Part shown: piece by piece, positions 13,745 through 27,199 of the stretch
How positions within the stretch are numbered: position 1 is the first letter of the stretch
Layout of the letters: the number at the start of each line of letters is the position of its first letter
Assembly: GCA_951406725.2 (NCBI GenBank)
Contig: OX597830.1
Location: forward strand, 76,012,001 to 76,076,000
Origin: Octopus vulgaris
Lineage: Eukaryota
DNA length: 64,000 bases
Direction of reading: 5' to 3'
Translations under genes and position numbers: made by a program
Notes under the pieces: generated by a model
What the model was told of the DNA's origin: nothing
Databases searched by the model: none
Seen by the model: the letters and a program-made list of their open reading frames with translations, nothing else

Positions 13745-14745
13745 AAGTAGGTGCTATTTTATACATTTCCAGACATTTCTTAATCCTGCAATGTGGTAAG
13801 ACTATCAAAAGCTTTTTTTATGGCCTATCCCGGCTATCGACAAGGTTTTGTGTCGTTTGTGACAACTTTCCAAGATAATCTTATTGACGAGTAGCTAATC
13901 TTTACAACCATAGGACCCACATTTACATCCTTTTTGCTCATTTGGAAATATGCCACTTTCTATTAAAAAGCTATAGGTATATTCAGTCGATAGATGTCAG
14001 TATTTTATACATTGTTGTTAAGCAAATTATGGGTCTATAATTTTTTGGTTCTTTTGTTTCTTCATTTTTCGAAGTAGGAATGTAACACCATTAACTAGCC
14101 AAGCGGGAATTATACTAGGTTGTTGCAAAACATTGTTGTAAAGTTCTATTAATAGTTCAGAACTCTCTAGGGGAGCATTCAACCAGAAGTTAGGAATTAT
14201 CCTTTCCTGGAGACTTCCATTTTTTTTTAACTTCCTGAGAGCAGATCTTACATCCTCTATCTTGACACCTTCTGACTATTGCTCCTCTAAGGAGTCTAGG
14301 TCAGTAAATATTCTATCAATCCAAGGGGCCTTTTATTGTGTGTTTTTTCTTCTGCCCAAATTTTATTCCAAAATTCCTGCACTTCTGGTGGAACAGACTT
14401 TGCTGTAACTGGTATTTTCCCTATCTTCCTGTAAAAGATGTTGGGGTTCTTTTTGAACATGTTCTTGTCTCTGAAAAATAAAACGCGTTTGTCATACCTT
14501 GCTATGCGGGCTGCTTTAGCACATACCTTTTGCTTAATAGTGTTTCTATGGTGGTATCGATGTCAAGTATGGTTTACACATATCTTTTCTTTAATATTAG
14601 GATTTTTGTTGGTTTAATAACCTTGTCAAACTTAAGGCTTTTTAAACATTCTATGTAGACATAATTAGCTAAATTTGGTGTTGAATACGCTCTTGCCAAG
14701 TTGGCTTTTTGCGGGAATGTTGTCGTTTTCTAATCTTTTCATTGC
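13745..14745 (-). mobile_element. R4/Dong-like LINE RT region, decayed
   Basis: Fragments KAARIARYDKR, QEFWNKIWA, KWKSPGKDRIIPNFWL, EPKNYRPIICL..MYKILT. Confidence 0.8.
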
Positions 14746-15399
14746 ATAGTATCGTTGAGATTTTCACGGAGTACAGGTAATATCTTAAATCGAATTTGAA
14801 AAAATGTTTTCGAAACATCGGCCAGTGTTTTCCGAACAACCTAATACAATGCTTATAGGTTTAGAGTTTCCTTCTTTTGTTCTCTGGCAGCAGACACAAT
14901 GATTTTCAAAGCTATTAATTTCTGATAATGGGGGTCGCAGGGGTCATTTATTATAGGAACACCATCGTGCCCATTGTAATTTAGTCTCATGCAACCTTAA
15001 AACGTGCATAATACTAAGAAAATTCGACCGGGGTTCTCAGCCGAAGATTTTTAGCTCGTAGTGTTGGAAACCACGTAGAGAGACTAGATTCAGTCGATTA
15101 ATTCGGCTTTAGTACCTGATCAGCACTTTATCGAACAAGAAAGGGCGAAGGACAAACTGCTTTCGGGATAATTTGTACTCTGGATATAACACGATTAACT
15201 GTAAACAAAATACATTGACATTTTGTTCGACGCAGTGGTAATTCTGTCAAACCAATCATATTCAAGATTCAAAATATACAAATTGTAATGATATATATAC
15301 AATATAGCAACGAAAAGCAAGTATTGTGATAGTCGCATTTGCTGATAACCTGGAACTTGGGGGGTGGGTTAATCTCTCTCATATTAAAGGGTAAAGGAT

Positions 15400-15725
15400 A
15401 AAGACCCCTCATGCTTGACCATGAGATAGCACCCAGAAATTTATCCTCCGAGGCCCAAGCCCGGACAAGGTTGGTTATGGAAGACCAGCAGTCACCCAAG
15501 CATAGCAGTCTCTTCTCTCTACGCCACCGATGCTATCCAAGGGTAAAGCAAAAGTCGATACAGCTTGGCACCAGTGACGTCACAACTAATTTTTACAGCT
15601 CAGTGAACTGGAACAATGTGAAATAAAGTGTCTTGCTCAAGAACACAACACACAGACTGGTCCGGGAATCGAACTCACTGCTTTATGACTGTGAGCCTGA
15701 CTCTCTAACCACCGATCCAAACGCC
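15400..15725 (-). mobile_element. tRNA-derived SINE with a family D-like head and a different body
   Basis: gagttcgattcccggacc..tgtgttgtgttcttgagcaagacactttatttcac matches the head of 58690-58955. Confidence 0.75.
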
Positions 15726-15937
15726 TTAATTTGAAATTCCACTCCCTTAATGTAAGCATACAAACTGGCATTTTTTTCGCGAGACTAATACAGTGAGATG
15801 GCAAAGTATTTAGTGCACAAGACACAAAGGTTATCCACATTTTTTCGGCATTACGTTATCATCCTCATCACATTAATGTCCTTGTCCAGCCCGCAGCTAC
15901 TCTGTGTAATGCCCTTGTGGCAAACTACGTGAATAAA

Positions 15938-16336
15938 AGTAGCTTGCTTACGAATCGTATGGTTCCGGGTTCAGTCCCACTGTGTGGCATCTTGGTCAAG
16001 TGTCTTCTACTATAGCCTCGGGGCGACCAAAGCCCTGTGAGTGGATTTGGTAGACGGAAACTGAAAGAAGCCCATCGTATATATGTATATATATATACTA
16101 TGTGTGAGTGTGTGTGTTTGTGTGTCTGTGTTTGTCCCCCCCAACATCGCTTGACAACCGATGCTGGTGTGTTTACGTCCCCGTAACTTAGCGGTTCGGC
16201 GCAAAGGACCGATAGAATAAGTACTAGGCTTACAAAGAATAAGTCATGGGGTTTGATTTCTTCGACTAAAAGCGGTGCTCCATCATAGCCGCAGTCAAAT
16301 GACTGAAGCAAATAAAAGAGCAAAAGAGTAAAAGAG
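15938..16336 (+). mobile_element. SINE family B
   Basis: Core and (gtaaaaga)n-type tail. Confidence 0.9.
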
Positions 16337-16722
16337 TTCAGTCAAAAAAATATATATATAAATATGACAGGTAGGATTCGAACCTACATAGATATTAAAA
16401 CAAAAAAAAAAGTAGATAAAGGAAAAATTAGATGTAACTAGATACCGCCACTCTAGTGCTCTACAGATTCTGCTATCAAGCCTCCGTTCCTGTCCCTCGT
16501 CCATCTGGCTCCACCCCCCACCCCCAACCATTTCAATAATTATAATAAAATAATAAATTATCTACAACACATCCCTCCGCGATAATGGCTGACAACTTTG
16601 ACTTTCATTTCTACACGTTTCTTGTCTTCGTGTGTTTGTTTTGTTTTGGACGATTTATTTTTTTATTTCATTCTGTTAATGAAGAATAATTTGTTTCTCT
16701 TTCTCTCTCTCTTTCTCTCTCT

Positions 16723-16762
<40 letters not shown>

Positions 16763-17583
16763 ATCTCTCTCATTCGTCCCCGTTCTCTTTTCTCTCTGTC
16801 AGGTATTTTCTTTCCCTTTTGTTTCCCCCATCTCTCTCCCTTTCATCCTTTCTTTGTCTCCAGTTCCCTTCTCTCCCCCTTTCTACTGCTCTCCCTCTCG
16901 TACTTCCTCTCCCTCTCTCTCTCTTTCTTTCCTTCTTTCTTTTTAATTTCTTTCTTTCTTTCTCCTTAGTTATCACTTTTTCAAACTCGTTCCCTCCGTC
17001 TCTTCCTATACCTCTTTCTTTCCTTCTATCCTTCTTTTTTTCTTCCTTCTTTCTTTCTTTCACTCTTTCCTCCTCTCTTTCTTTCTTTCTGTCTTCCTTA
17101 CCTCTTTCTTTCCTTCTATCATTCTTTTTCTCTTCTTTCTTTCTATCTTTCTTTCTTTCTTTCACTATTTCCTCCTCTCTTTCTTTCTTTCTTTCTATCT
17201 TCCTTCATCATCGCTCTCCCATTTATTTTGTTTCTCCCTTCCCTAACTTAACCCATGTTCCCTGTGGACCTACACAACGTATGAACGAAACCGTGTGCTC
17301 CTTCACATCTCCTAATTGCCAAAAATCCACTCGCAAACACTTATCCCGACACATTATGGGCGGATCAAACCCCACAGGGATTATCTCTCTCTCTCTTTTC
17401 CCTTGCTCTCCCCTCTGCCGCATCAATCTGAGCTTCCACATCTACCTTCTTTTATACTATGCATCTCTTTCTTTTCCCATCCCCATCTCTTTCTCCAACT
17501 CCTTTTCACCAATCTCCTCTTACTACCACCAGTATGTCGTACACTACAAGAATTTTCAGTCTGACATATGTCGGATGCGATGT

Positions 17584-17629
<46 letters not shown>

Positions 17630-17637
17630 ACACACAT

Positions 17638-17670
<33 letters not shown>

Positions 17671-17752
17671 AACACTCATTTTTATTTGGCAGTATATAAC
17701 CAGTAATCTATTCTACATTCACACATACATATTCTTAAGCACATACACCACA

Positions 17753-17794
<42 letters not shown>

Positions 17795-17932
17795 ATTTCA
17801 TCTGTAATTATTGGTTTGTAAGTGATTCTGTTTTCGAGACGTCTTGTTAATCGCTTTACACAAAACAGTACTTTCGATATAGCTATGAAATATCGGACTA
17901 GCAAAATAATTGATGTATTAGTGAGTTTGTAA

Positions 17933-18030
<98 letters not shown>

Positions 18031-18298
18031 ATATATGTGTGTGTGTGTGTGTGTGTACACGTATATATATATATATAAATATATAAACATATACATATAT
18101 ATATATAGATAGATATAGATATAGATATATGTACAATAAACTTGTATAATATATATTTAATATACACACACATATATATACACACACATATATATACACA
18201 CACATTCATACATATATTTATATACATAAATATATATATATATATGTTTATATATTTATATATATATATATATGAATATATATGTATGTATATATGTA

Positions 18299-18356
<58 letters not shown>

Positions 18357-18684
18357 ATACATATATTATATTAAATTAGAGACAAAACCACTATTAGGCA
18401 AATCATACAATGAAAAACTTAAGCCAATACATAAGATTATTTAATTTATATTATTTAAATATATAACAAAATTATTTAAAAAATACACACACGCACACAT
18501 ATATATTAAAAATAGACGAATGGTATTGCTAGGATTGTTTCATTAGGACATTTTATTTTTGACGTAAATATGTTACAATTAGTTAGATTGTTAACACGTT
18601 ACATAACTTCCAACTCATCAGGTAGCCAGAGTTTAAACAAATGAGCAATGACCTGTTCGCTACTCAATACATTATCAACAAGTA

Positions 18685-18770
<86 letters not shown>

Positions 18771-18789
18771 CAAATATTTAGTAAAACAT

Positions 18790-18968
18790 ATGATGAAGAC
18801 AGATGTAGGAATAACAAGCAGGTATATTAGTATAACGCTCGGGAAGAATGAAATGTCTTTTACATTTCGAGCCTACGCTCTTCGACAGAAAGGATAAAGA
18901 ATAAAATAAAATAAAACGAGGGGAGAATGAAGAAGAAACTGAGCGAAAAATTGTAGAGATTAAAGGCT
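18790..18968 (-). mobile_element. Family H3 short element with hammerhead variant at 18857-18892
   Basis: CUUU CUGUCGA A GAGC guag GCUC GAAA UG UA AAAG; homologous to 39299-39468 and 55683-55865. Confidence 0.72.
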
Positions 18969-19467
18969 CATATATATATATATATATAATACAAATAAGA
19001 AAATGAAGAAACAAATTTGGTTTGTTCATCAACTTACGGATATTAGAATGCTGGATTATTTATTCATTTTACAAATGAGAACATCAAAAGCATACAAAAA
19101 TATTATATAAATCAATAGAAAATATAATAATACAAATACAGATTTTAAAAGTCATAGTATAAATTAATGAAATCCTAAAAATTTCTTCTTACAGCTGTTT
19201 CAGCCTATGGTCAAAAATAAATCTTAATTTTCATTGCCTGTAGATGTCAACATAAACCAAATTTGTTTCTCCATTTTCTTATTTGTATTATAAATTTACG
19301 GTAAAAATATTTCTTTACCTTCTCCCATTTAATAATATAAATGACTTAATTGCATTGCAATTAAAAACATTTATGTATTATTAATTTGGGTATTTTACCA
19401 TCAGTATATTGGATAAATGATATCCCATAGTGGGTTACACCCATAACCCCTATCTTACTTTGTACTA

Positions 19468-19525
<58 letters not shown>

Positions 19526-19613
19526 TAGGAGTGAGTAGACAAATAAAAGAAGGGTACTCAGCACATCTATTGGGAGTTACATGTATGGATGAAAACAGTT
19601 TGATTCAAAATCT

Positions 19614-19655
19614 TTGGTACTCTGAGTTTCAAGCGTGACGCTAATCTTCGGCCGA
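19614..19655 (-). ncRNA. Hammerhead-like motif (family H4) in a ~140-bp segment between (TA)n tracts
   Basis: UCGG CCGAAGA uu AGCG uca CGCU u GAAA CUC a GAG UA CCAA. Confidence 0.6.
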
Positions 19656-19665
19656 TGGAGTTTGA

Positions 19666-19729
<64 letters not shown>

Positions 19730-19731
19730 TA

Positions 19732-21106
<1,375 letters not shown>

Positions 21107-21423
21107 TATATGAATATGAATACACACATACCCAGGAATAAACATTTGTGTACAAGCATTAAGTACTCATATGTGGATTGTAAGATTGTAGTTTCGCTTC
21201 CTGGACCGGGCGATACCTTGTGTTCACGAGCAAAGCATTTTATTTACATTGCCCCACCCCACGCAGTTAGGACAAATGAATAACCTTGCAAAGCACTGGC
21301 GTCACGTCCATACGCCACGGAATCTCAGAAACCGGTCTTCAGAGCTCAGGATATATAAATACTCATATACTAACACATATAAATACACGCACACACAAAC
21401 ACAAACACACACACGCGCCTACT

Positions 21424-21474
<51 letters not shown>

Positions 21475-22005
21475 ACGCTCACATACAGATGTGCACAGAC
21501 ACATTTTTATAGTAATGAATATCATAAATTAAAATAAATTACTTTTCGTTGAAGGTGAGCTGGATGGAATTTGAAACCGCGTTCCCTTAGCGCCGTATGG
21601 TTGGATGTCAGTGAAAGGTCAAATACAGGGATTTTTGACCTTACTGAAGAGTGTTGATGGCAATTAATACCCATTTATTGATTAATATTAGTCTGAAAGA
21701 GAAAAGTGGTAGAAGTAGTGTGTGCGGATTCGTATGCATGTGTGTGTGAGAGAGAGAGAGAGAGTGAGAGAGAGAGAGAGACCGACAGAGAGAAAGCGAC
21801 AGAGAGAGTAATCACCAATGTTGAGACCGGAAAGAGTGAGATATATATATGTATACACAGACACACGCATACATAAATACATACATTTTCACACACACAC
21901 ACATATCTTTTACTCGTTATAGCCATTGGGCTGCGGCCAGGCTGAGGCACCACCTTGCTGTGTTTAGCCTACTTCAGTGCTAATATTGCTAATCTTTTTC
22001 TTTTC

Positions 22006-22064
<59 letters not shown>

Positions 22065-22090
22065 ATATATATGTAATTAGGCAGAGAGTC

Positions 22091-22311
22091 GAAGGCAGCG
22101 AGCTAGCACATATGTTAGCATGCTGGGCGAAATGCTTAGCAGTATTTCGTCTGTCGTTACGTTCTGAGTTCAAATCCACCGAGGTTCACTTTGCCTATCA
22201 TCCTTTTGGGGTCGATAAATCAAATACCAGTTGCGTACTGGGGTCGATCTAATCGACTAGCCGCTCCTTCCAACCAAAAAAATTCGGGCCTTGTGCCTAG
22301 AGTAGAAAAGA
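22091..22311 (+). mobile_element. SINE family A
   Basis: Family motifs; near-TSD aattag(g/a)cagaga. Confidence 0.88.
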
Positions 22312-22591
22312 ATTAGACAGAGATTTGGATATACAAATACTTCCAGGGCTCACTATACGAAGTAGAAAGAGCTCGAAAACTTTGATCTGGTAGAGTCGCT
22401 AGCACGCCGACCAAAAAGATTTTACTAGGCGCAGTCGTGGCTGTATGGTAACAGTTTGGTTCCAAATCACATGGTTCTGGGCTCACTCCCACTGCGTGAC
22501 ACTTTGGAGAAGTATCTTCTACTATAGCTTTGCGCCGACCAAAACCTTGTGGGTATATTTGGTATACGGAAACTGAAAGAAGCTCGTCTTA

Positions 22592-22626
<35 letters not shown>

Positions 22627-22683
22627 TCTTTTACTTGTTTCAGTCATTTGACTGTGGCCATACTGGAGCACCGCCTTTAAGTT

Positions 22684-22733
22684 AAAAATATGGAACGCTT
22701 CGCGAATTTGCGTGTCATCCTTGCACAGGGGTC

Positions 22734-22773
<40 letters not shown>

Positions 22774-22786
22774 ACTACCGAAGCAA
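22684..22786 (-). pseudogene. U6: U6 snRNA copy, near full length, probably retroposed
   Basis: Minus strand ttgcttcggtagtacatatactaaaattggaacgatACAGAGAagattAGCatgacccctgtgcaaggatgacacgcaaattcgcgaagcgttccatattttt; a few substitutions relative to canonical U6 and an altered 5' end. Confidence 0.95.
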
Positions 22787-23086
22787 TATTAATAATTAAG
22801 GTTACTAAACAAACAGTACCGGCATGCTAAATATAGCAGTCAAAATGGCCAAACCACAAATTTTCACTCCCCAAACCCCGTACAAATGACGGAAATAATA
22901 GGAAATTGAAAAGGCCAGACATACCCATTTCACCGTGATTTCAACTTTGAGAAAAATCCTTCGTGCATCTTCAGCGAGTCTTACTAACCCCAGGGTTATG
23001 GAGAGTATTCATCTCACCAATTTATACGATGCCCGTTTTTAATACCGCAGTAAATTTTTAAAAGGTGATCGAGGTGAATAAAAATT

Positions 23087-23482
23087 ATTTAAATATATGA
23101 GGATATCGTTGTTTATAATAATATCAGTGGCGTAGCATGCGTAAAAAAACCCATAACGGTAAAAAAAAAATATCAATTAATAATTAAGGGTACTAACAAG
23201 CAGTACCGGCATGCTAAACATAGCAGTGAAAATGACCAAAACAGAAATTTTCACGTAAACACAAAGGTGAAAGCGGGCAAATGAATAAAAAAAACCACAC
23301 CCCGTACCAATGGCGAAGTTTAAATGAAAATTGGTGTTTTGGTCATTTGACTGCTATGTTTAGCATACCAGTACTGCTTGCTTGTACCCTTAATTATTAA
23401 TTGATATTTTTTACCGTTGTGTTTTTACACATACTAAGTCACTGGTATTATCATAAAAAATAATATCCTCACATATAAATTT
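23087..23482. repeat. Foldback element with ~170-bp inverted arms; partial third arm at 22788-22870
   Basis: ~23087-23260 is the reverse complement of ~23319-23482 (attaataattaagggtac..gcagtaccggcatgctaaacatagcag). Confidence 0.85.
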
Positions 23483-23498
23483 ATGTGTGTAAATGTGT

Positions 23499-23534
<36 letters not shown>

Positions 23535-23874
23535 CTTTGTGTCTCAGTTTGTCCACTCGTCATCACCACTTGATAACCGGTGCTGTTGTGTATACGTCCC
23601 CGTAACTTGACGGTCCGGCAAAAGAATCGATAGAGTAAGTAATAGGTTTTAAAAAAATGAGTCCTGAGGTCGATCGTTCGATGAAAGCTCTATAATACGG
23701 TGCTCCAGCATGGCCGCAGTCAAATGACTGAAACAAGTAAAAGAGTAAGAATCACACTGCATAACAATGAAAACAAAAAAAAACGGAAATGAGAATAACA
23801 TTTTCTAGAGGCATCGTGTGTGTAGATCACGAATTTAACATCCGTTTCTTTCTGTGACCCTCTATTTTCTAGTA

Positions 23875-24263
23875 GGGGGAGGCGCAATGGCCCAGTGGTT
23901 AGGGCAGCGAACTCGCGGTCGTAGGATAACGGTTTCGATTCCCAGACCGGGCGTTGTGAGTGTTTATTGAGCGAAAACACCTAAAAGCTCCACGAGGCTC
24001 CGGCAGGGGATGGTGGTGATCTCTGCTGTACTCTTTCACCACAACTTTCTCTCACTCTTACTTCCTGTTTCTGTTGTACCTGTATTTCGAAGGGCCGGCC
24101 TTGTCACTCTCTGTGTCACGCTGAATATCCCCGAGAACTACGTTAAGGGTACACGTGTCTGTGGAGTGCTCTGCCACTTACACGTTAATTTCACGAGCAG
24201 GCTGTTCCGTTGATCGGATCAACCGGAACCCTTGCCGTCGTAATCGACGGAGTGCTTCCATCC
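23875..24263 (+). mobile_element. tRNA-derived SINE family C, full length
   Basis: ggcgcaatggcccagtggttaggg..gtttcgattccc head; 11-bp TSD attttctagta; near-identical to 61782-62170. Confidence 0.93.
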
Positions 24264-24469
24264 ATTTTCTAGTAAATTACCATCTTACGTTAAATACACT
24301 CATGGTTCAGTAGGAATTGAGTGCAAAGAGGGTTGGGTCGAAACTGACAACTCTAAAAGTTATGATAGGATTGTTATATAATTTTAATACAGGTGTTCCT
24401 AAGGTACTTGTCAACTTAACCTATGAAAATTATAAAAGTATACTCAATATTTTTATAGTTAGATGGGTC

Positions 24470-26033
24470 CAAATTCGTGGTAAATCTGACAAAAAAGCTA
24501 CACTTCATCACCCAACCTGAACTCAATGATTTAGTACGTGATCTAACACTTACTAAGCAACCGAGTGAAGTCCTAAACTCACGTCTGCAACATTGGAACC
24601 TGTTGGATAAAGATGCTCGAATTACTGTGTTTAGGAAGCGTTCTGCAGATCTACAGCAATTTTTCCCTTTGGAAAACAACTTTACTTATTGTAGTGATAT
24701 CAGGGACCTATTTAAGGCCCTTGAGCTGACCTATGATCCAAATGAGGGAAGGTTATTCATAGTTGCATCCCTTTACAGCATAAAAACGGTTCTGCTCCAC
24801 ATTGAGAACACCATGCCTTTAGTGCTAATTGCTTACTCAGTCATTTTAAGAGAGACATATAAGAACCTCGCTTTTATTCTAGACCGCATAAGTTATACGG
24901 GGCATGAGTGGCTAATTTGTGTGGACTTGAAAATAATAGCCCCACTTAATGGGCTACAAACTGGATACACCAAGTTTATGAGCTTCCTTTGCAAATGGGA
25001 CAGTAAACCCAGATTAGAAGATTATGTGCGCTCAGAATGGCCACTTCGGGAAACTATGATTCCTGAATGTTATAATGTAAATCATGAGCCACTAGTTAAG
25101 AAAGAGAAAGTCATTTTGCCATCACTACATATGAAACTAGGCCTAATGAAGCAATTTACCAAAGCACTGCAACATAACAAGCTGTTTCCAGTACCTCAAG
25201 TCAATCTTCCCTAAAATAAGTGATGCTAAGATTAAAGGGGGCATATGCGTAAGCCCTCAGATTCGTTAACTTATACCTGATGAGGACTTCGAAAAGGTTT
25301 ATGGGAAATAATGCTTGAATGAAAGAACTTGCAGAAGAGGTTTGCAAAATTCAGAAGTGGAAATTTCAGCCTTAAAATGAAGATCGAACAGGACGTTCAG
25401 TTGAGTTTGATGATAAGCTCCTTGAGGCATTACTTGAAGATGAGCACTTCGAAAAGTGTATGCAAAGGACATCTGAGAAAGCACCAAATGGCCCAGAGAA
25501 TATAGTGGAGAGCCTAATCAAGAGCTACCAGGATCTCGGATGCAATGTGTCACTGAAGATGCACTTTCTTCCTTCTCATCAGTTCTTCTTCCCAGAGAAT
25601 GCAGGAGATGTGAGTGATGAACATGGAAAATGGTTCCATCAAGATATAGCGTCAACGGAAAACAGGTATAAGGGGAAATGCCTATGCTGGCTGACTTCTA
25701 CTGGAACCTGAAGCGTGACACACCTGAGACGTCTTATAAGTGAAGAAGCAAACACTAAAAGGTAGGCTAATACCCTATATAACGCTCACAAACATGCCGA
25801 TTCATTATATATTTATGAATTAATTACAATGTACATATTTATTCTGACTTTGGGAGCAAAATAAATTTATGGTATCGTGGAAATTGGTATAAATTGCATA
25901 GTTATTAAATCGGTAATTTACAAGAAAATGTGACGTGATGGGAAATTTTTCGAATTTAGCAGAATTCATTTCATAGAAAAAAATGTACACGAGGACTATG
26001 TTTTTTCTTGACCCTGAAATTTGTTGAACAATG
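24470..26033 (+). mobile_element. Chapaev3-like (CMC superfamily) DNA transposon, transposase pseudogene
   Basis: ITQPELNDLVRDLTLTK..RLQHWNLL, LPSLHMKLGLMKQFTKAL, VSLKMHFL..FFPENAGDVSDEHGKWFHQDI; CAGTG-like terminus (caatg) at 26029-26033. Family assigned from recalled motifs. Confidence 0.8.
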
Positions 26034-26213
26034 TTAATAGACCTAGTAGTCCAAATCTTCCTCTGATGGGTTTAAAATTAGAAAACGGCAGAGAAATGGC
26101 AAAAATGAGAAAATTCCAAAAGTGTTCAAGAACACTGGAACCAGTATGTTACTATTACTACACAGGGTAACTATTTCGAAGGAGATGATGATTTCTCTTT
26201 GCTACCACGTTAT

Positions 26214-26526
26214 ACTCTTTACTCTTACTCTTTTACTTGTTTCAGTCATGTGTGTGTGTGTGTGAATGTATGTGAGTGTGCGCGCAGGCGAGTGTGTGCG
26301 TGAAATTATACTCTTTACTATTTTAGTCATTTACTGGTTTCAGTCATTTGACTGCGGCCATGCTGGAGCACCGCCTTTAGTCGAGCGAATCGACCCCGGG
26401 ACTTATTCTTTGTAAGCCCAGTACTTATTTTATCGGTCTCTTTTGCCGAACCGATAAGTGACGGGGACGTAAACACACCAGCATCGGTTGTCAAGCAATG
26501 CTAGGGGGACTAACACAGACACACAA

Positions 26527-26563
<37 letters not shown>

Positions 26564-26731
26564 CATATATACGACAGGCTTCTTTCAGCTTCCGTCTACC
26601 AAATCCACTCACAAGGCATTGGTCGGCCCGGGGCTATAGCAGAAGACACTTGCCCAAGATACCACGCAGTGGGACTGAACCCGGAACCATGTGGCTGGTT
26701 GGCAAGCTACTTACTACACAGCCACTCCTGC
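26214..26731 (-). mobile_element. SINE B with a duplicated tail and captured flank
   Basis: Body nearly identical to 45541-45955; 26266-26335 is shared with 43183-43252. Confidence 0.88.
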
Positions 26732-26847
26732 GCATGAGAATGATCTCAAAGAGACATGTTATAACAAAAGCTAAGGGCTTCACCAGTAAATAATTTTAAG
26801 CACATTATTACGACTACTACCACCAACAGCACAACTATCATCTATAC

Positions 26848-27199
26848 CAGTGGTTCTCAATCGGGGGTTCATATGCCCCCCCACCCTCAGCGGGGGACCA
26901 TATAAGGTTTTCGGTGGTCCACATAGCAAGATGGTAAATTGGAGATCCACAATAGTATTTTACATGACCCCGAAAAACCTCTGCTTTAAATATATGTATT
27001 ACAAGAAACAAGAAGGTTTCTCTCTCTAACATTTTGCATGGTTCAACCTTACACAAATCAATGCATGAGAAGCAAAATAGGAATTTCGAAAGAAGTTTCT
27101 ATAAAACTAGATTTTAAACATCGAATGGCTATTGGGGTCTACCAGAATAAAATAGAAATGAAAGGAGTCCATAGGTAAAAAAATGGTTGAGGACCCTTG
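26848..27199. mobile_element. hAT MITE
   Basis: TIRs cagtggttctcaa..ttgaggacccttg; perfect 8-bp TSD atctatac (26840-26847, 27200-27207). Confidence 0.9.

Larger units (their letters stand above)
22428..23748 (+). mobile_element. SINE B split at its central microsatellite by an ~860-bp insertion (22625-23482)
   Basis: 5' half at 22428-22590, 3' half at ~23530-23748. Confidence 0.78.

Noticed and set aside
18590-18625. Minus-strand CTGATGA with a short stem
   Set aside because: No GAAA or stem III follows.
24477-25214. 245-aa ORF as a host gene
   Set aside because: Part of a frameshifted, insertion-disrupted transposase.
25277-25296. CTGATGAGGACTTCGAAA, a hammerhead-like string
   Set aside because: Lies in the Chapaev3 coding region (DEDFEK); no usable stem II, stem III or UH site.
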